Source: Gemmatimonadota bacterium
Lineage (GTDB): Bacteria; Gemmatimonadota; Gemmatimonadetes; JACCXV01; JAHWKZ01
Assembly (NCBI GenBank): GCA_035711625.1
Contig: DASTCA010000022.1
Span: 21,039 to 85,038, forward strand
Direction of reading: 5' to 3'
Length of the DNA: 64,000 bases
The notes beneath the pieces are model-generated. The model saw only the letters and a program-made list of their open reading frames with translations, was not told where the DNA came from and did no database searches. The position numbers and the translations under genes were made by a program. Below, piece after piece: positions 8,901-16,957 of the stretch. Numbering within the stretch: position 1 is the stretch's first letter; each line of letters opens with the position of its first letter.

Positions 8901-10246
8901 TCCGAGACAACGCCGCGGACGACCCCTATGACGTCGTGTTCATGGATTGGCGCATGCCCGGGATGGATGGGCTGGAGGCAGTCCGCATCATCAAGCAGGA
9001 GCCGAGGATCGAGCCCAAGCCGGCGATCGTCATGGTCACGGCGTTCGGACGGGAGGACGTGCGCGAGGAGGCGGAACGCCTGGAGCTCGATGGATTCCTG
9101 CTCAAGCCGCTTACGAAGTCGATGATCGTGGATGCGCTGGTCAGCGTGTTCGCCGATTCGGCCGAACAGGCAGCCGCGGTCGACATGGCGAACGAGCAAG
9201 GAATCGACCTGTCTGGTATGCGCGTGCTCGTGGTCGAGGATAACGAGATCAATCAGCAGATCGCGGTGGAGCTCATCGAGGGCGTAGGCGCGTCGGTGAC
9301 CGTAGCGGACAACGGAAAGCTGGCCCTCGACATCCTGATGGAAGGCCCGACCCCGACCCCGTTCGAGGCCGTGCTCATGGACCTGCAGATGCCCGTGATG
9401 GACGGTTTCCAGGCGACGGAGGCGATCCGGGCCGACCCGCGGTTCGCCTCTCTCCCCATCGTGGCCCTGACTGCGCACGCGACAATGGAAGAGAGGCAGC
9501 GGTGCATCGCCGCGGGCATGAACGATCACGTGGCGAAACCGATCGACCCCGGCTTGCTCTACGAGACGCTCGGCCGTTTCCACCACGGGACGACGCCCGT
9601 CGCGCGTCCCGAGGTGAGCGCGCGCGCACACGACGGAGTCCCGAACGTCGAGGGGCTCGACACCGCGGCCGGCCTCAGCCGGGTCGCGGGCAACGAGCGG
9701 CTCTATCTGAAGCTCCTCCGCCAGTTCGTGGACCAGCAAGCCGAAGCGGTGACGGAGATTCGCGCGCTTCTCCAGGAGCGTCGCACGGAGGACGCGGAGC
9801 GGCTCGCGCACACGTTAAAGGGGGTTTCCGCGACCCTGGGCGTGAAGGACGTTCCTGAAGTGGCCGAGACGGCCGAGCGAGCGATCAAGGATCGCGCTCC
9901 GAGCGGGGAGATCGATGTCGCGCTGGAGAAGGTCGAAGCCGCCCTAGGCCTCGCGGTGACACGGCTGCGGGACGCCCTCGCCGTGTTCGCACCTGACGCC
10001 GTGACGACGAGCGCGGCGGTAGATCCCGCACAGACGCGCGCGGCCGTGGCCGAATTGACGAGCCTGCTGGCGGACTTCGACGCGGGCGCCATCGAGTTCG
10101 TCGAGGGTCACGCCGCCGTCTTGCGGCCGCTTTTCGCGGCCGACGCCTGGAGTCAATTCCTCAAGCAGGTCCAGGCGTTCGCCTTCCCGGACGCGTTGGC
10201 GATGCTCGAGGCCACCGATCGCGGCCAGGGATCGACGAAAGCCTGA
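5954..10246 (+). CDS. unorthodox hybrid sensor histidine kinase (4HB sensor, HAMP, GAF, PAS, PAS, HisKA, HATPase, REC, REC, Hpt)
   Basis: ATG at 5954 (MTIAKR); an alternative start lies at 5912. Two TM helices flank a roughly 150-aa helical periplasmic region. H-box MSHEIRTPMN. G-boxes DTGVGM and GGTGLGL. Two receiver domains (LIVDDN...MDWRMPGMDG and VLVVEDN...MDLQMPVMDG). C-terminal Hpt (HTLKGVSATLGV). Confidence 0.9.
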   Translation: MTIAKRLILLLGVPLVVLIGLGIYTHRQLDRIEERSRFVAESRIDALATIANLSRQFEELRVEAREYLLSDDEERAQIRARFDEGERELSALLRLYADSLVVSDQGRRLLGEFQTQSAEWLIDAKRVMSLVDEGRGEEALALAGGQMELGMRLSAASGEWILNNEELAERAGQDVTRAIETFRTRMMLVTAAAVLLAGILGYLTVRRIVVPIRGLRSSVETIASGDYRTEVPFMHATDEAGALARSIDVLKRGAEEMDDQRWVKSQVSAITGDLQGATSFADFGERLLSGLVPLIGGGVASFYVFDESTHRLRKSATYGLPADAAADEVGLGEGLIGQCARDRRPVTLSGLPPDYLLIGSSVGTATPTFAKAWPVLLQDSLLGVCELASFQAFGSRSEALLEQLLPVTAMSLEVLQRNLRLEDTERFFRSVLELAPDGLMVVDEQGVIQVANVQCEALFGYTQAELIGRSVETLVPEDVRAGHAALREAFNRNPSTRSMGAGRELQGQRKDGTLFAIEIGLSPLPGRNGSRAQTAVSIRDITERKQAEAELKRTNFLADSALDLTKSGYWHVPLDGSGWYNSSARSIAIFGDEPNPEMRYTLDHWSAHVFAGDEAAAKTTMENFAAAVAGTIPRYDSTYAYKRPVDGEVVWLHALGHVIKDEDGTPTDMYGVVQDVTDFKELERELLGARDTAEAATQMKSMFLANMSHEIRTPMNAVIGLSHLALKTQLSHKQRDYVTKIHSAGTSLLAIINDILDYSKIEAGKLEIEATTFRLDDVIASVTTLTGQKANERGLEFLARVSPGIPQVLIGDPIRLGQILTNLVNNAIKFTERGEVHVTAEVLEKTDQKCKLRFSVRDTGVGMTREQADRLFQPFMQADMSTTRRYGGTGLGLSISRRLVELMEGEIWLESELGAGSTFTFTVWLGVAEDKASRKVVPEKLASLRALIVDDNAAAREILEDMLEGVVKQADVVASGAEAIAALRDNAADDPYDVVFMDWRMPGMDGLEAVRIIKQEPRIEPKPAIVMVTAFGREDVREEAERLELDGFLLKPLTKSMIVDALVSVFADSAEQAAAVDMANEQGIDLSGMRVLVVEDNEINQQIAVELIEGVGASVTVADNGKLALDILMEGPTPTPFEAVLMDLQMPVMDGFQATEAIRADPRFASLPIVALTAHATMEERQRCIAAGMNDHVAKPIDPGLLYETLGRFHHGTTPVARPEVSARAHDGVPNVEGLDTAAGLSRVAGNERLYLKLLRQFVDQQAEAVTEIRALLQERRTEDAERLAHTLKGVSATLGVKDVPEVAETAERAIKDRAPSGEIDVALEKVEAALGLAVTRLRDALAVFAPDAVTTSAAVDPAQTRAAVAELTSLLADFDAGAIEFVEGHAAVLRPLFAADAWSQFLKQVQAFAFPDALAMLEATDRGQGSTKA

Positions 10247-10249
10247 GCG

Positions 10250-11254
10250 ATGACGTCGCGAATCCTGCTCATCGACGACACCCCGGCCACCATCGAAGCG
10301 ATCGCCGCCACCTTGCGGCAGGAGGGCTATAAGGTCAGCGTCGCGACCAGCGGTGAGCAGGGGCTGGACGTTCTCGAGCGCTTTCGCCCGGACCTGATCC
10401 TCCTCGACGTGATGATGCCCGGGATGGACGGTTTCGAAACCTGCGCCCGGATCAAGGCGGCCCCCGAGTGGGCAGAGATCCCGGTGGTCTTCCTCACGGC
10501 CAGGGGCGATCCGGACGACATCGTCCATGGCTTCGAGGCGGGCGCGGTGGATTACGTGTCGAAGCCTTTCAATGCGCACGAGTTGCTCGCGCGTGTGAGA
10601 ACCCATCTGACGCTCGACCAGCTCTATCGCGAGAATCAACGTCTCCTGCTCAACGTGCTGCCCGCGCCGATCGCCGAGAAGCTGAAGAAACAGACCGGTA
10701 TCATCGCCGACCGATACGATGACGTATCGGTTCTCTTCGGGGACCTCGTGGGGTTCACACCGCTCTCGGCGACGTTATCCCCGACCGACCTGCTGGAGCT
10801 CCTGAACCGTGTGTTCTCCGGATTCGACCTGCTGGCCAGCCAACGGGGTCTCGAGAAGATCAAGACCATCGGAGACGCCTACATGGTCGCGGGCGGCCTT
10901 CCCGAGCCACGGCCCGGTCACCTCGCGCTGATGGCCGAGCTCGCCCTGGACATGCAGGCCAGCATGGCACCGTTCAAGGCGAAGTACGACGGTCTCAGCC
11001 TGCGCATCGGGCTCCACGTCGGCAGCGCCATCGCCGGGGTCATCGGGATACGCAAGTTCATCTACGACGTCTGGGGCGATACCGTGAACACGGCCAGCCG
11101 ATTGGAGTCCCACGGCATCCCGGGCCGCGTCCAGGTCAGCGACACGGTGTACGAGCGGCTCCGGACTCGCTTCGATTTCGAGCCGCGCGGGGTCGTGGAT
11201 CTGAAGGGGAAGGGCCCGATGATGACCTACCTGCTAATCGGAGCGCGGGGTTAG
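10250..11254 (+). CDS. response regulator with class III adenylate cyclase output (REC–CHD)
   Basis: ATG 4 nt after the HK stop. REC (LLIDDTP...LLDVMMPGMDGFE...K). CHD with intact catalytic set: FGDLVGFT (metal Asp), KTIGDAYMV (adenine-specifying Lys and second Asp), GDTVNTASRLES (transition-state Asn and Arg). Confidence 0.85.
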   Translation: MTSRILLIDDTPATIEAIAATLRQEGYKVSVATSGEQGLDVLERFRPDLILLDVMMPGMDGFETCARIKAAPEWAEIPVVFLTARGDPDDIVHGFEAGAVDYVSKPFNAHELLARVRTHLTLDQLYRENQRLLLNVLPAPIAEKLKKQTGIIADRYDDVSVLFGDLVGFTPLSATLSPTDLLELLNRVFSGFDLLASQRGLEKIKTIGDAYMVAGGLPEPRPGHLALMAELALDMQASMAPFKAKYDGLSLRIGLHVGSAIAGVIGIRKFIYDVWGDTVNTASRLESHGIPGRVQVSDTVYERLRTRFDFEPRGVVDLKGKGPMMTYLLIGARG

Positions 11255-11257
11255 TGT

Positions 11258-12520
11258 TCATGGAGACTCCCAGTTCAGCGCCGCCTCCTCGATCGCGTCG
11301 CACGCCGCCCCGACGCCGTCCTCAGCGCGCACCGTCTCGCCGATGCGTGCGGCCCGGGCCAGCAAGGCGGGGTCGTCGAGGAGCGCTCTGAGCTCGGCGG
11401 CGACCCGGTCGGCCTGATAGCGCTTCGGGGGCAAGGTCTTCGCCACCCCGATCCGCGTCGCCCGGCGCGCGTTGTCGGGCTGGTCGCCGGCCCACGGGAC
11501 CGCCAGCATCGGACGTCCCGAGCGCAGCGCCTGGGCCAACGTGCCCATTCCGGCGTGATGGACGATCGCCGTGGCACGGGGAAACAGCGCACCGTATGGC
11601 GCGCGCTCGATTACGATCGCGTCGTCCCCGAGAGGCGCTTCCGGTCGGTTCGAGGGATCGTCGCCGACCAGGAGGACTGCGCGCTTCCCCAGCATTCGCG
11701 CCGCGGCGAGGCTCTCCTCGTAGAACGATCCCGCGACCGCCACCGCCGAGGTCCCGAGCGTGAACACGATCGGCGCCGGCCCGGCGTCGAGAAACGCCTC
11801 GAGCGGCGCGGTGCCGGGATCCGCGGCCAGCGGGGGATCTCGGAACAGGAAGCCGGTCAGCTTGGCGCTCGCCGGCCAGTCGCGCTGGGGCTCGGCGATG
11901 ACGCGCGAGAAGAGCCCCAGCGTCAGCAACGGGGAGTGCTGACCCTCGTAGAGGGGGTGACCACCCGGCGGCAGCCCGTGCTCCTCGCGAAGCTCGCGAA
12001 CCGGCTCGATCCAGGACCTCGTGATCTCTCGAGCCAGCCGGATCAGGAGGTCCGGAACCCCCGGCATCCCATGCACGCGCCACGCCCGCGGAGGCGGCGG
12101 GGCGACCGGCAGGTCGTATCGTGAGAAGAAGGGGAATGGCGAGAGAACAGTCGAGGCCCACGCCATTTCCCGCTCTTCGGCGACGATCGGTCCCGCGAAC
12201 GTCAGCGGGTGGGTGACGATCATGTCGGCGTCACGCGCGGCGTCGGCCGTATCGAGGTACGAGTCGCGGAGGTGCGGAAGCACGACGTTCCGGATCACGA
12301 ATTCAGCCCCGAGGCGCGGGTCCATCGCGATCTTTCGGTCGTTCGGATCCGCGTCCGGGCGGACCGGCCGGAACCCGATCCCCTCGGCCTCGACAGCTGC
12401 GCGGTAGAAATCGTGGGTCCCGATCATCGGTTCGTGGCCGCGCGCGGCGAGCCCGCGGCCCAGCGCGAGGTACGGGTCGAGGTCTCCCAGCGTGCCGAAG
12501 GTCGTGATCAGGACGCGCAT
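11258..12520 (-). CDS. GT1-family glycosyltransferase, paralog B
   Basis: ATG at 12520 (MRVLITTFGTLGDLDPY). Collinear with the 4490..5749 protein, with many identical blocks (AARGHEP, GFRPVRPDA, REEHGLPPGG, AVLLVGD, AIVHHxGxGTL, DQPDNARRA). Stop lies 3 nt from the cyclase gene stop (convergent). Confidence 0.75.
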   Translation of the reverse strand: MRVLITTFGTLGDLDPYLALGRGLAARGHEPMIGTHDFYRAAVEAEGIGFRPVRPDADPNDRKIAMDPRLGAEFVIRNVVLPHLRDSYLDTADAARDADMIVTHPLTFAGPIVAEEREMAWASTVLSPFPFFSRYDLPVAPPPPRAWRVHGMPGVPDLLIRLAREITRSWIEPVRELREEHGLPPGGHPLYEGQHSPLLTLGLFSRVIAEPQRDWPASAKLTGFLFRDPPLAADPGTAPLEAFLDAGPAPIVFTLGTSAVAVAGSFYEESLAAARMLGKRAVLLVGDDPSNRPEAPLGDDAIVIERAPYGALFPRATAIVHHAGMGTLAQALRSGRPMLAVPWAGDQPDNARRATRIGVAKTLPPKRYQADRVAAELRALLDDPALLARAARIGETVRAEDGVGAACDAIEEAALNWESP

Positions 12521-12584
12521 CGGAACAGTGTAGGCCGTCGCGGGAGCCGGGAGCTACCGGTCCGGATGCTCGTCCCGCTTTCGT

Positions 12585-12600
12585 ATCAAGATTCGTTGAT
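12585..12600 (+). promoter_or_regulatory. candidate ArsR operator / promoter region
   Basis: Imperfect palindrome ATCAAgattcgTTGAT inside a locally AT-rich stretch (tttcgtatcaagattcgttgatgtaagttgg), 14-29 nt upstream of the arsR ATG. TGTAAGT could serve as a -10. Confidence 0.3.
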
Positions 12601-12613
12601 GTAAGTTGGTTCC

Positions 12614-12934
12614 ATGGTCCTCGCTCCTTCGATTCCGGTGGCCCGGGCAGCGGCGGTCTTTCAGGCCCTTTCCGACGAGAAGCGGCTTCGCATCCTCGGG
12701 CTCCTGGTTGGCGGCGAGCAGTGCGTCTGCGAGCTGACCGAGGCGCTCGACCTCCCCCAGTCCCTGCTCTCGTTCCACCTCAAGGCGCTCAAGGCGGCCG
12801 GCCTGGTCGCCGACCGACGTGACGGGCGGTGGGTCCATTACTCGCTGAGGCCGTCGGGCCTGGAAGAGGCGAAGGACGCGCTCGATGCGCTGGTCGTCGA
12901 GCCGATACCGCGTGCGAAGGCAGCCCGATGCTGA
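12614..12934 (+). CDS. arsR: ArsR/SmtB-family metalloregulator
   Basis: Winged-helix protein with the As(III)-binding CVC motif (GGEQCVCELTEAL) and the conserved LLSFHLKALKAAGLV recognition helix. Confidence 0.8.
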   Translation: MVLAPSIPVARAAAVFQALSDEKRLRILGLLVGGEQCVCELTEALDLPQSLLSFHLKALKAAGLVADRRDGRWVHYSLRPSGLEEAKDALDALVVEPIPRAKAARC

Positions 12935-13701
12935 GCTCCTGGCACTGCGCGCTGATCGCCGATGTCCACGGCAACCTGCCCGCGCTCGAGGCTGTCCTCG
13001 AAGACATCCAGCGACGCGGCGTGGACGCGGCCTACCACCTGGGAGACCTGGTGGGATATGCGCCGTGGCCGGACGAGGTGGTGGCGCGGCTCGCCGAGGC
13101 GGGTATCGCAGGTGTCGCCGGGAACTACGACTCCACCGTGGCCACCGGCGCCGACCACTGCGGCTGCCGAGCTGAGAGTCCCGAGCAGGAGGCGCTCGCC
13201 CACGAGAGCTATGCCTGGACGCTGGCGCGGGTGACGCTCGAGACGAAAGCCCGGCTCCGAGCGCTTCCGTTCCGCATCGACCTCCGGCCGGGCGGGGGTC
13301 ACCATTCCGGGCCGACGCTCCATCTCTTCCACGGCGCGCCTACCCTAAATACGCTCTACTGGGACGAGAGCCGCCCGGACGACTTCGCTCGCAAGATGGC
13401 GGCGAAGCTGGGCGCGATCGAGGGCGACGCCATGGTCTTCGGTCACACGCACGTTCCGTGGCAACGCGAAGTCGACGGAATGCTGTTCGCGAACGCGGGG
13501 TCGGTCGGGCGACCCAAGGACGGTGATCCGCGCGCCTCTTGGGCGATCGCATCCTGGGACGGTTCGGCGATCCAGATCGAGCCCGTGAGGACCGACTACG
13601 ACGTCGAGCGCGCAGCCAGGGCGATCCTCGTGAGCGAGCTTCCCGACACGTTCGCCGACGACCTGAAGCATGGCGGGACGAAACGGGTCGGAGCCGCATG
13701 A
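12928..13701 (+). CDS. calcineurin-like metallophosphoesterase (MPP superfamily)
   Basis: ATG overlaps the arsR stop (ATGCTGA). MPP motifs present: DVHGN, GDLVGY, GNYD (a variant of GNH[DE]), FGHTHVP. An unusual HCGC cysteine cluster. Sits between arsR and acr3. Confidence 0.7.
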   Translation: MLSSWHCALIADVHGNLPALEAVLEDIQRRGVDAAYHLGDLVGYAPWPDEVVARLAEAGIAGVAGNYDSTVATGADHCGCRAESPEQEALAHESYAWTLARVTLETKARLRALPFRIDLRPGGGHHSGPTLHLFHGAPTLNTLYWDESRPDDFARKMAAKLGAIEGDAMVFGHTHVPWQREVDGMLFANAGSVGRPKDGDPRASWAIASWDGSAIQIEPVRTDYDVERAARAILVSELPDTFADDLKHGGTKRVGAA

Positions 13702-14801
13702 CGGGTCGACTGGCCTTCCTCGATCGATACCTGACGCTGTGGATCTTCCTGGCGATGGCGGGCGGTGTGGCGCTGGGCCGGTTGGTCCCGGTCATCCCCA
13801 CGGCCCTCGACGCGATCGCGATCGGGACCACGTCGATTCCGATCGCCGCCGGCCTCATCCTGATGATGTATCCGCCGCTCGCCAAGGTGCGGTACGAGCA
13901 GCTGCCGAGGGTCTTCCGTGACATCAAGGTGCTGGGGCTCTCCCTCGCTTTGAACTGGGTCGTGGGTCCGGCGCTCATGTTCCTCCTCGCGATCGCGTTC
14001 CTCGCGGATCGGCCCGAGTACATGATCGGGATCATCCTGATCGGGCTGGCGCGCTGCATCGCCATGGTGATCGTGTGGAACGACCTGGCGGCAGGAGACG
14101 CGGAGTACGCCGCGGGGCTGGTGGCGTTCAACTCCGTCTTCCAGGTGGTGTTCTTCGCGGCGTACGCGTGGCTGTTCATCGGCGTGCTGCCCGGCGTGCT
14201 GGGACTGGAAGGCGCGCGGGTCGACGTCACGACGCGTGAGATCGCGACCTCGGTGTTCGTCTACCTGGGCATCCCGTTCCTGGCCGGAATGGCGACGCGA
14301 TGGATCGGGCTGAGGACCAAGGGTCGTGCGTGGTACGAGTCGGAGTTCGTCCCGCGAATCTCGCCGCTCACCTTGATCGCGCTCCTGTTCACGATCGTCG
14401 TCATGTTCTCCTTTCAGGGGGACGCGATCCTGGAGCGTCCGTTCGACGCGGTGCGGATCGCGGCGCCATTGCTCGTCTATTTCGTCATCATGTTCTTCAC
14501 GGCGTTCTGGCTGTCGTGGAAGGCCGGAGCCGACTATCCGAAGGCGACCACCCTCTCGTTCACGGCGGCGTCGAACAACTTCGAGCTGGCGATCGCGGTT
14601 GCGGTGGCCACGTTCGGGATCGGGCACGGTGCGGCGTTCGCCGCCGTGATCGGACCGCTCGTGGAGGTGCCGGTCCTGATCTCCCTGGTCGCGGTGGCGC
14701 TTCGCATCCGCAGCCGCTGGTTCCCCGACGACCCGGCCGAGCTGGCGCGGGTCCGGACCTGTGCGATCGATGTCGAGACCTCGCCCGCAGTCCAGAGGTA
14801 G
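13698..14801 (+). CDS. acr3: arsenite efflux transporter, ACR3 family
   Basis: ATG overlaps the upstream stop (ATGA). About 10 TM helices. ACR3/ArsB(Acr3)-type sequence ([42 protein letters not shown]). Confidence 0.8.
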   Translation: MTGRLAFLDRYLTLWIFLAMAGGVALGRLVPVIPTALDAIAIGTTSIPIAAGLILMMYPPLAKVRYEQLPRVFRDIKVLGLSLALNWVVGPALMFLLAIAFLADRPEYMIGIILIGLARCIAMVIVWNDLAAGDAEYAAGLVAFNSVFQVVFFAAYAWLFIGVLPGVLGLEGARVDVTTREIATSVFVYLGIPFLAGMATRWIGLRTKGRAWYESEFVPRISPLTLIALLFTIVVMFSFQGDAILERPFDAVRIAAPLLVYFVIMFFTAFWLSWKAGADYPKATTLSFTAASNNFELAIAVAVATFGIGHGAAFAAVIGPLVEVPVLISLVAVALRIRSRWFPDDPAELARVRTCAIDVETSPAVQR

Positions 14802-14814
14802 GATCTCGTCCCCG

Positions 14815-15384
14815 TTGCCTGTCTACGCGCTGCTCCTGGTCTGGGGCGCGCTAGCGGTCGCCGCGGGGGCCGCGGGGTGGGTGGCGGACTCGCCGGTTCC
14901 ACCGCCTGCCATCGCGGCGGGTCTGATCGCCGCCTGGCTCGTCGCATACCGAGTCTCGGAACGCATGAAGGGTTGGGTCCGCGCCGTGCCCCTCAGTGCT
15001 CTGATTGCGATCCACCTCGTGCGCTTCGTCGGGGCCTGGTTCATCGCGCTCTACCGCCGTGGGGAGCTGCCGTTCGAGTTTGCCGTTCCCGGTGGGTGGG
15101 GGGACATCCTGGCCGCCGCGGGCGCGGGCGCGCTCCTCGTAGGGGCGATTCCGGCGCGGACACGGGGGCGCCGAGGGGCCGTCCTGGCGTGGAACGTGCT
15201 CGGTGTGCTCGACATCCTGTACGTCCTGGTCACCGCGGCGCGGCTCTTTGTCGCCGACCCGACGCAGCTGACGCCCCTGACGCGACTGCCTCTCTCTCTG
15301 CTGCCGACCTACTTCGTGCCGCTGGTCGTCCTCTCCCACCTGCGGATCTTCGGTTGGTTGCGCGAGACGCGCTCTCGCCCCTGA
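14815..15384 (+). CDS. hypothetical polytopic membrane protein
   Basis: Candidate TTG start at 14815, 11 nt after AGGTAGGA and 14 nt after the acr3 stop. The track ORF begins at 14761 inside acr3. About 5 predicted TM helices. No recognised domain. Confidence 0.45.
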   Translation: MPVYALLLVWGALAVAAGAAGWVADSPVPPPAIAAGLIAAWLVAYRVSERMKGWVRAVPLSALIAIHLVRFVGAWFIALYRRGELPFEFAVPGGWGDILAAAGAGALLVGAIPARTRGRRGAVLAWNVLGVLDILYVLVTAARLFVADPTQLTPLTRLPLSLLPTYFVPLVVLSHLRIFGWLRETRSRP

Positions 15385-15388
15385 ACGA

Positions 15389-16369
15389 TCAGCCCTGGCC
15401 CCGAGTCCGCAGCGCCCGAGCGGTTTCGCCCACTCGGAGCGACGCGTCGAAGATGCGCCCCACGCGGATCCCGCCCGGAAGGCGATGGCGGCCGAGAGCG
15501 TGGAGGCCGATTGACGCAACGCAGCCGCAGTTGGCGCAGTCCGGCTTCCCGCCGAACTGACACGGCGTCACGCGGGTCTCGAGGTCCGCGGAGAGGCACC
15601 GGGTCACGCGCGCGAAGACGCACTCGCTCGGGTCGCGGGGAGGCTCCAGATAGGCATCCAGCATCCCGCGGTTGGCGAGCAGTTTCGGAAACCGCCGTCG
15701 GATGGCGTCCAGCTCCGCGACCGCCTTGCGTCGCATGGCCGGCGACAGGATCTCCTCGCACGACTCCCCCACCTGAGGAGTGAAGAAGCTGATCCGAATC
15801 GACTTCACCTCCGGGCGCTCGCTCCATGTCCGCACGAACTCCGTGAGGTAGCCGTCGCGACGGGTCATCTGGCTCGTAACCGTGCAATGGACGATGATCC
15901 GGTGACCCTCGATGTTGGCGAGGATTCGCTCGTAGGTGGCGGGTTTCCGGCGAACGTCGTGCTCGGGCTGGAGCCCGTCGATGGAGACCACGACCGTGAG
16001 ATCCTCGATGTGGGCCCAGGCGGGCGGGATGCGACGGACCGCGCTCGTCACGACCTCGACACGGACTCCGCGGTCCGCCAGCTGCGGAAGCAGCACGTCC
16101 AGTTCCCGAAAGCGAACCAGGGGCTCGCCGCCCACGATGTGGACGATCAATGGACGCTGGCGGTCGACCAGCTCGAGGATCCCTTCGACGAGGGCAGGGC
16201 CTGTTCGATCCGCCAGCGATGTGAGGGGGACACCGTCCAGGTGCTCGGGCTGGTAGGCGTAGCAGCCCGGACAGGAGAGGGGGCAGCGGGTCGTGATCTC
16301 GATGGAGAGGGACGGAGCGTATCCGCGGAGGATCCGCGTCCAAGCCCGTACGACGTGAATACGATGCAC
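15389..16369 (-). CDS. radical SAM protein, HpnH-like (C-terminal Cys cluster)
   Basis: CxxxCxxC (TTRCPLSCPGCY). GGEPL glycine-rich SAM motif. VSIDG. C-terminal CQFGGKPDCANCGC cluster resembling the CANC-containing tail of HpnH-type enzymes rather than a canonical SPASM CX2CX5CX3C. Confidence 0.75.
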   Translation of the reverse strand: MHRIHVVRAWTRILRGYAPSLSIEITTRCPLSCPGCYAYQPEHLDGVPLTSLADRTGPALVEGILELVDRQRPLIVHIVGGEPLVRFRELDVLLPQLADRGVRVEVVTSAVRRIPPAWAHIEDLTVVVSIDGLQPEHDVRRKPATYERILANIEGHRIIVHCTVTSQMTRRDGYLTEFVRTWSERPEVKSIRISFFTPQVGESCEEILSPAMRRKAVAELDAIRRRFPKLLANRGMLDAYLEPPRDPSECVFARVTRCLSADLETRVTPCQFGGKPDCANCGCVASIGLHALGRHRLPGGIRVGRIFDASLRVGETARALRTRGQG

Positions 16370-16531
16370 GTGTACCTCACCGTTGCTTCGGCGAGCGACG
16401 TGGCCCTCTCGGACGATAGCTCTCGCGGGGCGCGGCAGCCAGCGGATGGGACCCGGGCTCGTAAGCCATCGAACGGTGTATTCTAGGCGGATCGACGATC
16501 ATATACGATTGGATAAGGAAGGATAGGGGTC

Positions 16532-16957
16532 GTGAGGAAGATCCTGCGCGCGGCGATCGGAACGGTATTGTTCCTGGAGGGGCTGGCGTTCTTCGGGGGA
16601 GTCGCGCTCCACCTGGGAATTCCCATCCCTTCGCCCTACGTCGAGAAACTCTCCTACAGCTCTGCGCTTGCGGAGATCATCAGCGGTGTCGTGCTCCTGG
16701 TGGCGGCCGTCGCGACCGCGGTTCAACCGCGGTTCGCGTGGAAGCTGGCGGTGGTGGGTCACGTCCTGGGCGTGGCCAGCATCGCGTGGGGAATCGCGAA
16801 CCGAGGATCCGCAGTGGGCGAGACCAGCCACCATCCGGCGATGCTCCTGATGCTCATCGTCGTCGTGATCGGGCTCTCGATGCCGTTCTGCCGGCAGGCG
16901 CTCGAAAACGGTCGGCACCGATCGAAGCGCCGGAGACGCTACATGCAGGCGATCTAG
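16532..16957 (+). CDS. small hypothetical membrane protein (4 TM)
   Basis: GTG at 16532 preceded by AAGGAAGGA. Four hydrophobic segments. Basic C-terminus (RHRSKRRRRY). Confidence 0.5.
   Translation: MRKILRAAIGTVLFLEGLAFFGGVALHLGIPIPSPYVEKLSYSSALAEIISGVVLLVAAVATAVQPRFAWKLAVVGHVLGVASIAWGIANRGSAVGETSHHPAMLLMLIVVVIGLSMPFCRQALENGRHRSKRRRRYMQAI

Noticed and set aside
15389-16369. Radical SAM gene as a RiPP (SPASM) maturase with a nearby precursor peptide
   Set aside because: The C-terminal Cys pattern is CANCGC (HpnH-like), not CX2CX5CX3C. No short Cys-, Gly- or Ser-rich precursor ORF or peptidase/exporter pair is adjacent.
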